Shown here: positions 38,396 to 46,449 of the stretch, piece by piece
How positions within the stretch are numbered: position 1 is the stretch's first letter
How the letters are laid out: each line of letters starts with the position of its first letter
DNA from: Nitrososphaerota archaeon
Lineage (GTDB): Archaea; Thermoproteota; Nitrososphaeria_A; Caldarchaeales; Wolframiiraptoraceae
Assembly: GCA_021159365.1 (NCBI GenBank)
Contig: JAGGRY010000003.1
Location: 385-64,384 of the forward strand
Direction: 5' to 3'
Length of the DNA stretch: 64,000 nt
Notes under the pieces: generated by a model
The model's input: the letters and a program-made list of their open reading frames with translations, nothing else
Databases searched by the model: none
Told to the model about the DNA's origin: nothing
Translations under genes and position numbers: made by a program

Positions 38396-38484
38396 GATAA
38401 CCTCAAAATCCTAAATGTTAAGGATAACCCTCCGCGAGAATATCGTGATGAAATCAATTAAATATAAGGCGAATTCATGATTCC

Positions 38485-38970
38485 TTGGAAATGAAGATCC
38501 TCTGGGCTCCATGGAGGATGAAATACATAAGATCATGCTCTAAAGATTCTGAGTGCTTTCTATGCCGAGCATTATCTGAGGATAAGGATGAGCAGAACCT
38601 AATCCTGCTTAGAGGTGAGAAAAGCTTCATAATCATGAACAGATATCCATACAATAATGGCCATTTAATGATCGCCCCGAAGAGACATGTCGGAGATCTA
38701 CTTCAATTAAATGACGAAGAATTGATTGAGATGATCAAGATGATTAAGCTCGCGGTTAAAGCCCTCAAATCCGAATATAATCCCGATGGATTCAATATCG
38801 GGTTAAATCTCGGTAGGGCGGCTGGAGCTGGACTGGAAGATCATTTACACATACATATCATTCCACGATGGGTTGGAGACACGAACTTCATGCCCCTCAT
38901 ATCCGAGACTAAAACCATTCCAGAACTATTGACCGAAAGTTACTCGCGGCTCAAGAAGTATTTTGAATAA
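38485..38970 (+). CDS. HIT-family nucleotide hydrolase/transferase
   Basis: 161 aa. Histidine triad HLHIHIIPR, NRYPYNNGHLMI, and an N-terminal C..CxxC. Confidence 0.85.
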   Translation: MEMKILWAPWRMKYIRSCSKDSECFLCRALSEDKDEQNLILLRGEKSFIIMNRYPYNNGHLMIAPKRHVGDLLQLNDEELIEMIKMIKLAVKALKSEYNPDGFNIGLNLGRAAGAGLEDHLHIHIIPRWVGDTNFMPLISETKTIPELLTESYSRLKKYFE

Positions 38971-39970
38971 GCTCGCCCATCCTCTCAGCATTCTTTACAG
39001 TTTCATCATAGTATGGAGAGGTCTTCTTGGCGAGTAAGCAAACTCTGCTCGGAACATCTTTTGCAATATACTCGTATCCTTTTAGGTGGGATTGAAGCCT
39101 CTTAGCGAAGTCCTCGACCTCCATCACGCTGGGCATGGCATTTCTCGGAAGCCTCTTCTGAGATTCACCCACATGCATGTATCCCTTACATTCGATGAAG
39201 TCTGGATCGGCTATCCTTATCAGCTCGGCATATCTCTCCGGATCTCTCATCGTATATCCTTTGACGAGGGTTAATCTTATCACTTTCCTAGACCTGTTAA
39301 ACATCTTCATGATCCTCAAGCTATCAATCACTCTCTCCCAGCTATCGTTGATGAGTGGTCGACAAGTCCTCACATGAGTTCTTCTATCAGGGCCATAGAG
39401 GCTTATGTAGAGATTCGTGGGCTCGGCTCCCGTATCCAGCAAGATCTTCAACCTCTCAGGCATGGTTCCATTCGTCACTAGGAAGGTCGTCATACCTCTC
39501 TCATGAAAGATTGTTATCAACTCTCCGAGAAATGGATATAGGGTCGGTTCACCGTCCAGCGATATAGCCGCATTATTGGGCTCCATGGCTTCCTCATATA
39601 ATCTTAGGTCAACTTTTGGATTTCCCTTAAACCCTGAAAGAAGTTGACGCTGCTCCTTAATCAGTCCATCCAAAATCTCTTTAGGCGAATCCCATTCACC
39701 GCCATAAGGCTTAACCCTATTCATTGTGTGATGTCTCCAGCAAAAGACGCACATCATATTACAGTATTGGAGGCTCGGAGTCATTTGAAGACATCTATGA
39801 CTCTCAACTCCATACCATCCCTTATAGCAATTCTTCCCTCCCCTAAGAACGGATCTAGTCCAGTGACATATCTTAACAGCAGAATGTCTCCCAACTATCC
39901 TATAACCCGCCCTCCTAAGCCTATTGACCTCATCTAACTCGAGGCGCGTATCCCCATGAGCGACGGCCAT
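38951..39970 (-). CDS. taw1: tRNA 4-demethylwyosine synthase (radical SAM, Taw1/TYW1)
   Basis: 339 aa. HSAVKICHWT auxiliary-cluster region and radical-SAM CNMMCVFCWR. Its 3' end overlaps the HIT gene convergently by 20 nt. Confidence 0.9.
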   Translation of the reverse strand: MAVAHGDTRLELDEVNRLRRAGYRIVGRHSAVKICHWTRSVLRGGKNCYKGWYGVESHRCLQMTPSLQYCNMMCVFCWRHHTMNRVKPYGGEWDSPKEILDGLIKEQRQLLSGFKGNPKVDLRLYEEAMEPNNAAISLDGEPTLYPFLGELITIFHERGMTTFLVTNGTMPERLKILLDTGAEPTNLYISLYGPDRRTHVRTCRPLINDSWERVIDSLRIMKMFNRSRKVIRLTLVKGYTMRDPERYAELIRIADPDFIECKGYMHVGESQKRLPRNAMPSVMEVEDFAKRLQSHLKGYEYIAKDVPSRVCLLAKKTSPYYDETVKNAERMGELIQNTS

Positions 39971-40172
39971 ATCAGAATACCTACCTAAACTGCGGATTGG
40001 AAAATTTTAAACGTTAACCCAAAATGATTGAAAAGATGGCGTTTCAGCCTTAACGAGGGCTCATTTATGGATATCGAATCAGGGGCTCGGCGATGGAAAT
40101 CATCAGCTTCTAGTTGAAAGGGGGATGAAAAACTTGTTTCGGACATTCCAGCGAACTGAGTAACTCGTCATC

Positions 40173-41336
40173 TCATTCTCCTCTAAAAGCTCTCTTCACC
40201 AGTTCCTCTACATCCCTTCTACTCGGGGTTCCTGGAAAATTCTTGAGATTTCTCTCATAACTCATACCCTCATCGATGATCTTCTCCAAATCTTCCTCCG
40301 GCACTCCAGCATCCTTTAAACTAAGTGGGATATTAGAGTACTTCTTTAACTCGTTTAATGCCCCAATTAGGAGTTCGGTGGACTCAGTTGAGGTGCGCGG
40401 ATTGAAGCCTAATCTCTTGCCAATTTCTAGAGTCCTCTGGGGCATTAGATTAGAGGCATGCTCTATAAACTGCGTTATTAGAAGAGCGTTCGCCAAGCCG
40501 TGATGGAATCCGTATTTCATCGTTAGATAGTATCCGGTTCCATGAACTATCGTCGTTCCACAGAGATTTATCGCCTTCCCTGCAAGCATGCTCGCATAGA
40601 GTAGCCTTTCTCTAGCGTTGATGGAACCATCATACGCATCCTTGAAGTATTCCAGTATATTTCTCAACGCCTCAAAGACATAGATATCTGATAATGGATT
40701 TGCATTCTTGTTGAAGTAAGATTCTATTGCATGGGATATGGCGTCCATCGATGTGTATGCAAGTAAGTCTTTGGGTAGATAGCTTAGAACATCAGGGTCA
40801 AGAATGGACGCAATAGGCACTATGAGTTCTCCCGCAACAGTATTCTTCTTTAAACCTTTACTTATGACGGCGTATTTAGTTACCTCACTTCCAGTTCCAC
40901 AGGTAGTTGGGATGGCGATCACTGGAAGAATTGGGGGTCTGATCACGGCTGGATAAAAGTAATCTTCAGCCCTTCCACCCTGGAGAGAGAGTATGGCGAT
41001 AACCTTACCTGCATCCATAGCACTTCCGCCGCCGAAGGCGACGATAAAGTCCACTTTTTCTCTTTTACCTAGCTCGGCGCCAAGTTCAACGGTTTCAGCT
41101 GAAGGATTAGGCTCGACCCGATCGAAGATCGCCACGGTCACTCCATTAGATTCAAGGATCTCCTTAAGCTTGTCTAGGTATCCAGATCTTTTAGCGAAGC
41201 TTCTTCCAGTGACCAATAAGGCTTTACCAGATAATCCAAGGTCCTCGACAACCTCACCTAACCTCTCGATCGATCCTCTTCCAAATATCAGCTTACGCGG
41301 CAATCCAAACCCGAAGCTTAAACTCGCTTGACCCAT
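40173..41336 (-). CDS. iron-containing alcohol dehydrogenase
   Basis: 387 aa. FGGGSAMDAGK, TTCGTGSEVT, and the Fe-ADH histidine region HAIESY..HG. Confidence 0.9.
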   Translation of the reverse strand: MGQASLSFGFGLPRKLIFGRGSIERLGEVVEDLGLSGKALLVTGRSFAKRSGYLDKLKEILESNGVTVAIFDRVEPNPSAETVELGAELGKREKVDFIVAFGGGSAMDAGKVIAILSLQGGRAEDYFYPAVIRPPILPVIAIPTTCGTGSEVTKYAVISKGLKKNTVAGELIVPIASILDPDVLSYLPKDLLAYTSMDAISHAIESYFNKNANPLSDIYVFEALRNILEYFKDAYDGSINARERLLYASMLAGKAINLCGTTIVHGTGYYLTMKYGFHHGLANALLITQFIEHASNLMPQRTLEIGKRLGFNPRTSTESTELLIGALNELKKYSNIPLSLKDAGVPEEDLEKIIDEGMSYERNLKNFPGTPSRRDVEELVKRAFRGE

Positions 41337-41629
41337 CAGTTATACACGATATCATTGTAAGAATTAAGTATTCCTGCGCCGTTAGGGATAGGATCACAGG
41401 CCATAACCGGAGTCTCTTTCAGAACCGTTATTTTCGCAACAGGTTTAACATATCCTTTCTCAATTCCATCTAAATAATATGGGAGCCTGATTATTCCATG
41501 AGAGTTCACACCTCTGAGGCTCGCCGTGATCAAATGATCTATAACGACTTCAGCTTGATCTCTCGGAACACCATAAGCCTCGAAGCACTTTAAGCCGAAT
41601 TCATGCAGCTCACTAGGCAGAACATTCAT
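41336..41629 (-). pseudogene. N-terminal remnant of an Ldh_2-family (malate/L-lactate/sulfolactate dehydrogenase-like) gene
   Basis: Only 97 aa: FEAYGVPRDQAEVVIDHLITASLRGVNSHGIIRLPYYLDGIEKGYV..ITVLKETPVMA matches the first quarter of roughly 340-aa Ldh_2 enzymes. Its TGA shares a base with the ATG of the Fe-ADH gene (TGATG). Confidence 0.65.
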
Positions 41630-41667
41630 GACGATTCCAGGTTAGAGCGCGTATTTATCATTTTTAT

Positions 41668-42471
41668 TCAAGGTTCATCTCTTAGTGATAATATCTCATT
41701 GAGTAGCTCTTTTGTCGATGTCACGAGCACACCGAATTTTCCATTATCCATCAGTAACGTATCCTCATCTCCACCGACTATCCTATAATGGCCTCCAGCA
41801 AGCTTGACTAGAAATGTGGAAGCTATGAAGTCCATGAGCTTAAGACTTCTTGAAGGACATAAGAATCCCTCAACGGCTCCGTCCAATATGAGCGCCGTCT
41901 CAAGAGCCGCTGCGGCGAGAAATCTTGTCCCCCGACATCTATGTAGTATTTTCATGGTCCATTCTCTGGTCTCTATAATCTTTATCGAATCATGGTCTAC
42001 TAGGAGCATCGCATCTTCAAGAGATCTTATCATGCTTAACCTCGGCCTTCTCCCAGAGACCTCTACACCAGCACCAACCTCTCCTAGATATAGCTTGTTT
42101 CTCGGATGATCGATCACTCCAGCTGCAACTATATCAGATATCCTTGGCCCTTTAGCTATAGAGATTGACGTGCAGTAGAATGGTATGCCTTTCCACGCAT
42201 TCTTGCTGCCATCAACGGGATCGATGAGGACGTAGTATCTTGGATTGGGATCTCTGACAATTCCAGACTCTTCCGATATCATCACGCATCCATCGAGATT
42301 TTGACGGAGAAAATTTATGATAGCTTCCTCGACAGCGAGATCAAATGCATAGGATATATCTCCATATGCTCCTCGGCCACGAATCTCTCTTCCATCAGCC
42401 TTTAGCGCCTTCTCTAGCACCTTATGGCCCTCAATTAATGCATTCTTGACTATCTCCATCAGCTCCGACAT
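41668..42471 (-). CDS. suhB: inositol monophosphatase / fructose-1,6-bisphosphatase family protein
   Basis: 267 aa. MISEESG and VLIDPVDGSKNA metal-site motifs. Confidence 0.85.
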   Translation of the reverse strand: MSELMEIVKNALIEGHKVLEKALKADGREIRGRGAYGDISYAFDLAVEEAIINFLRQNLDGCVMISEESGIVRDPNPRYYVLIDPVDGSKNAWKGIPFYCTSISIAKGPRISDIVAAGVIDHPRNKLYLGEVGAGVEVSGRRPRLSMIRSLEDAMLLVDHDSIKIIETREWTMKILHRCRGTRFLAAAALETALILDGAVEGFLCPSRSLKLMDFIASTFLVKLAGGHYRIVGGDEDTLLMDNGKFGVLVTSTKELLNEILSLRDEP

Positions 42472-42472
42472 C

Positions 42473-43480
42473 TTAGATCATCTTCACCTCATCAAGAGAT
42501 CTAACTTTGATGACATCTGGATTGAATAGATTATCCGGCTTCTCGCCTTTCAACACCTTAATTATCCCTTCAGCAACATATTCAGCCATCTTATTCCTCG
42601 TGTCATGAGAAGCGCTTCCGATATGCGGTGTTAAGACCACGTTATCGAGCTTCAATAATGGATCATCGACTGAGATAGGCTCCTTCTCAAATACATCGAG
42701 CCCTGCACCAGCTATCCAGCCTTCTTGTAAAGCCCTTGTCAACGCCTTTTGATCAACGACAGCTCCCCTTGAAGTATTTACCAGGATCGCTGTCCTCTTC
42801 ATAAGCTTCAACTCTCTTTCCTTGATAAGCCCCTTGGTTTCAGGGGTTAATGGGACATGCAGGGTTACGAAATCGGACTCTCTAAGCAATTCATCCAATT
42901 CGGCATACTTTATTCCAAGCTCCTTCTCCAGGTCTTCCCTCCTAACAATATCATAGTATAGCACCTTCATGTTGAATCCCTTAGCCCTTCTCGCAACGGC
43001 TGATCCTATTCTCCCTATGCCGATCACCCCGAGGGTCTTTCCATAAACGTCATAACCCAGCAGCATTGTCGGAGCCCATGGAATCTTCCATTCGCCGTTC
43101 CTAATACTTCTATCTGCTTCAACGATCCTCCTCGCAGTCGCTAGAAGCAGTGCCCAAGCATGATCGGCCACGGTCTCTGTTAAGACTCCGGGTGTGTGGA
43201 CAACGTAGATCCCCTTCGATGTTGCATGATCCACATCTATATGATCCACTCCCACGCTCATGGTTCCAATGACCTTAAGTTTCCCAGCCTTATCCATAAC
43301 CTCCTCATCGATCTTCTCATTCAAGGTGCAGTAGATTGCATCAACATCCTCCACAGCATCCAACAGCTCCTCTCTAGATGGAGGTGGAACCTCATCTCTA
43401 TAATCCACGTCGCAGAACTTTTTGAGAAGCTCTATTCCCACCTCAGGGATTTTTCTGGTGACATATACTTTCGGCTTCAA
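42473..43480 (-). CDS. gyaR: glyoxylate/hydroxypyruvate reductase (D-2-hydroxyacid dehydrogenase family)
   Basis: 335 aa. GVIGIGRIGSAVARR NAD fold, NTSRGAVVD, TPHIGSAS. Confidence 0.88.
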   Translation of the reverse strand: MKPKVYVTRKIPEVGIELLKKFCDVDYRDEVPPPSREELLDAVEDVDAIYCTLNEKIDEEVMDKAGKLKVIGTMSVGVDHIDVDHATSKGIYVVHTPGVLTETVADHAWALLLATARRIVEADRSIRNGEWKIPWAPTMLLGYDVYGKTLGVIGIGRIGSAVARRAKGFNMKVLYYDIVRREDLEKELGIKYAELDELLRESDFVTLHVPLTPETKGLIKERELKLMKRTAILVNTSRGAVVDQKALTRALQEGWIAGAGLDVFEKEPISVDDPLLKLDNVVLTPHIGSASHDTRNKMAEYVAEGIIKVLKGEKPDNLFNPDVIKVRSLDEVKMI

Positions 43481-43509
43481 GGCTTTTCAAGTTTGTTGAG
43501 TTGAGATCC

Positions 43510-43824
43510 TTATTTAAGTTTTAGAGATGATCCACTAGATCTTCCACGTCTCCTAGTCTTGAACTTGGTCTTCACCTTCGCCTCAGCCGTCTTATACAGT
43601 TTAGGCCACCTCTTAGCAAGTTCCTTCTCCACGATACTAGCCAAGAATTCACTTATGCTAAACCTCGGCACAGCGCTCTTCCAATAATTCAGTATGCAAG
43701 CTGCTACAGGAGAATAGAATGCAAGCCTCGGCTGTCTCTGAGCCGCCTTAACCGCCTGCTTCAAGAGCTTCTCATTTATCCTCTCCTTAGATTTCGCCCT
43801 TGGCATGGGTAAAAGGTAAAACAT
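43510..43824 (-). CDS. small basic hypothetical protein (possible DNA-binding autoregulator)
   Basis: 104 aa (98 aa if it starts at Met7, ATG 43806), with a Lys/Arg-rich tail KVKTKFKTRRRGRSSG. TATA-like TTTAATTTTA about 27 nt upstream of ATG 43806 favours the shorter, leaderless form. Confidence 0.45.
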   Translation of the reverse strand: MFYLLPMPRAKSKERINEKLLKQAVKAAQRQPRLAFYSPVAACILNYWKSAVPRFSISEFLASIVEKELAKRWPKLYKTAEAKVKTKFKTRRRGRSSGSSLKLK

Positions 43825-43835
43825 CTAAAATTAAA

Positions 43836-43857
43836 GTTTTACCATCTAAGGTAAAAC
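43836..43857. promoter_or_regulatory. perfect 8-6-8 palindrome GTTTTACC-N6-GGTAAAAC (candidate operator)
   Basis: Read directly from the sequence. Further copies: GGTAAAAC at 43815-43822 and GGTAAAA at 43808-43814. The repeats flank a TATA-like element just upstream of the small basic ORF. Confidence 0.35.
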
Positions 43858-44160
43858 AAATAATCCCATCGAAAATGCAATTCCATGAATAATGGATTAT
43901 CGAGGGGGTCGGCAATCCCTCGAGGAAGGAATTAGTGAGCATGGATAGAGGGGTAGGGCGTCAGACCTTAAAAGAGGAAGCGCCTAAGTCAAGAAAAGGG
44001 AAACGAATCGGTTGGTGAATCTTACAGATGGATCAATTATTCAACTGACGTTGGATTGGCTTTGAGAAATGTGTTTGTTCTTCTAGAGTTGAGGATTTTC
44101 AGGTCTCACGCCGAGTGGATAAGTGGGTGTTTTTGTAGAGTTATGCGCTTAGAGTTAAAT

Positions 44161-45141
44161 ATGATGCAGCCTGACATCCCATTAACCGGAATGAGGACTG
44201 ACGTCTGCTTGGTGGTCAAGGATGTGTCTAAGAGATTCGGGGATAGGGTTGCGGTCGATGAGGTGAGCTTCACGGTTCACAGAGGTGAAATCTACGGCCT
44301 ACTCGGCCCGAATGGGGCTGGAAAGACCACCCTCTTAAGCATGATAGCCGGAATCCTAGAGCCGGATTCAGGCGAGATCTCGATCGATGGATCAGATGCC
44401 CTCGATTCGAGGACTAGGAGGAAGGTGGGCTACTGCCCTCAAGAGGCCGTAGTCTACAACGATTTAACAGGCTTGGAGAACATGATGTTCTATGCTGGGC
44501 TACATGGGTTAAGTGGAAGCGATGTGAAGCGGAGATGTAGGGAGCTACTTGATCAAATGGGATTGGGCGAGTATGCTGGCAAAAAGGTGAAGATGTATTC
44601 GGGTGGGATGAAGAAGAGGCTTAGCTTCGCGATCACATTGATCGGCGACCCGGAGCTCCTCCTACTCGATGAACCCACGACCGGAATGGATCCGAGGATT
44701 AGGAGATCCGTCTGGGAATCCATACTCAGGCTTAAGCAAGAGGAAAAGACGATAATCCTAGCCACCCATTACATGGAAGAGGCGGATGAATTATCCGATA
44801 GGGTTGCAATAATGGATCTGGGGAGGATAGTCGCCGAAGATTCTCCCGAAAGCCTAAAGACCCGTTATGGGCCAAAGGCCGTTATAGATGTGGAGTTCTC
44901 CAAGCCTGTTGAGGAACCCAAGCCCATAGTCGAGGAGATCAAAGCATATGCCTCTGAAGGTGGAGTGATATACAGGGACGGCAAGTTGAGGGTTCATGTG
45001 GATAATCCAGACATCGTATCCCCTAAGATAGTCTCAGAGCTGGTGAGGATAGGGGCCGGGTTGAAGACCTTGAAGATAACCATGCCAACGCTTGAGGACG
45101 TCTTCCTCAGATTAACCGGTAGGAGGTTAACTGAGGAATGA
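44161..45141 (+). CDS. ABC-2-type transporter ATP-binding protein
   Basis: Walker A GPNGAGKTT, signature YSGGMKKRLSFA, Walker B LLLDEPTTGMD. The ORF-track TTG 44056 adds an implausible Cys/Phe-rich leader, so I prefer ATG 44161 (or 44143). Confidence 0.9.
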   Translation: MMQPDIPLTGMRTDVCLVVKDVSKRFGDRVAVDEVSFTVHRGEIYGLLGPNGAGKTTLLSMIAGILEPDSGEISIDGSDALDSRTRRKVGYCPQEAVVYNDLTGLENMMFYAGLHGLSGSDVKRRCRELLDQMGLGEYAGKKVKMYSGGMKKRLSFAITLIGDPELLLLDEPTTGMDPRIRRSVWESILRLKQEEKTIILATHYMEEADELSDRVAIMDLGRIVAEDSPESLKTRYGPKAVIDVEFSKPVEEPKPIVEEIKAYASEGGVIYRDGKLRVHVDNPDIVSPKIVSELVRIGAGLKTLKITMPTLEDVFLRLTGRRLTEE

Positions 45142-46439
45142 TGTGGAGCGCCGTCAAGGCATTCATAATCAAGGAGCTTAAGCTCACCTTTAGGAGCAAG
45201 GCAAATATCTTCTGGATAATTGCATGGCCCGCCATCTGGCTATTGATGACGGCCTACGTCTTTGTCCCGCCGGCGGCAGGTCAGCCCATGACCTTGAAGG
45301 TTGGAGTTGTAAATCATGATATTGGATCGACATCTCCCTTTAATGGGACCACCTTCATACAAATTCTAAATGAGTCCGAGTATAGGGGCGTTAAGCTCTT
45401 TCAGGTCAAGATCTATGAAAACGAGACGCTCATGCTCGAGGACATTAGGAGGGGTAGGCTCGACGGCGGATTCACGATACCGAAAGGGTTCGGGGAAAAC
45501 ATAATTTTCAGTCAGGCGAGGTTGAAAGTCTATATCGGTGCGAGAAGCCTTCAATCAGCCCAGATAGCGGAGTCGATCCTAAGAGGTTTTATTCAGGGCT
45601 TGAATGATGGGATCTCGGTTAGGAAGGTTAATGAGACGATGAAGTATGTCGAGATCTACTCGAAGAAGTATATGTCGAAGAACCTGACGATCTCGATGGT
45701 GGGGAACAAGAGTTGGACGGAGTTCATGAGAAACTGGATGATCGGCGTCGTCTCCCCGATAAACGCAAGCTTCCAAGATGTTAAGCCGGAGGCTCTCGTC
45801 GAAAGACCGTCGATCTTAGGTTGGTATACCTTTGGGGCGATTGGGATGAGCCTACTATATTCGGGTTTGATCTCAGGTTCGACCATGGCCGTTAGGGAGA
45901 AGGAGGCTGGAACCCTCAGAAGGATCCTAGCATCCCCCGCCACCTCGACCGATATGCTGATCGGGAAGACGATCTCAGGCCTCATAACCCTAGGAGTTAT
46001 GTCAGCTATCATAGTAGCCTTAGGAGTATATCCGTGTGGGGCGAAGATAATTTGGAGCCCCACGAACCCAGCCCACTGGCTCGCGATAATACTCCTGATA
46101 CTCGTCTCGATAATGGTCATCGGGGTGGGCATGATCCTATCCTTAATCGCGGGGACGACTGAGAGCGCATCGAATCTGAGCGTCGTCTTGGGGCTGATGT
46201 TCGCATTTATAGCCGGGATCTGGTTCCCGAAGTGGATGTTGCCAGCCTGGATGAGATTCTTGGCGGACGTATTCCCAGCAACCTGGGCAATAGAAGGCAT
46301 GAGATCAGCCCTCGTCTATGGGGCCACCGCCGCGGAGCTCATGCCGACGTTCCTGAAGGTTTTGGCGGCCGCCATAATATCCTATCTGATCGGAGTATTC
46401 GCCTACAAGAAGACCTTGAGGAGATATGTGATGGCGTAG
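45138..46439 (+). CDS. ABC-2-type transporter permease with large extracytoplasmic loop
   Basis: 433 aa: an N-terminal TM helix, a soluble loop of about 190 aa, then about 5 TM helices. 4-nt overlap with the ATPase gene. Confidence 0.8.
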   Translation: MMWSAVKAFIIKELKLTFRSKANIFWIIAWPAIWLLMTAYVFVPPAAGQPMTLKVGVVNHDIGSTSPFNGTTFIQILNESEYRGVKLFQVKIYENETLMLEDIRRGRLDGGFTIPKGFGENIIFSQARLKVYIGARSLQSAQIAESILRGFIQGLNDGISVRKVNETMKYVEIYSKKYMSKNLTISMVGNKSWTEFMRNWMIGVVSPINASFQDVKPEALVERPSILGWYTFGAIGMSLLYSGLISGSTMAVREKEAGTLRRILASPATSTDMLIGKTISGLITLGVMSAIIVALGVYPCGAKIIWSPTNPAHWLAIILLILVSIMVIGVGMILSLIAGTTESASNLSVVLGLMFAFIAGIWFPKWMLPAWMRFLADVFPATWAIEGMRSALVYGATAAELMPTFLKVLAAAIISYLIGVFAYKKTLRRYVMA

Positions 46440-46449
46440 TCTTGGATAT

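Noticed and set aside
39990-40172. C/D-box-like elements (minus-strand CTGATGA..17 nt..CTGA; ATGACGA upstream) between taw1 and the ADH gene
   Set aside because: The box spacing (17 nt, with over 90 nt in total) does not fit archaeal C/D sRNAs of about 50-70 nt with 12-nt guides.
45656-46300. 214-aa minus-strand ORF inside the ABC-2 permease gene
   Set aside because: It is the antisense shadow of a membrane-protein gene and has no motifs. The plus-strand product has a coherent TM topology and 4-nt coupling to the ATPase gene.
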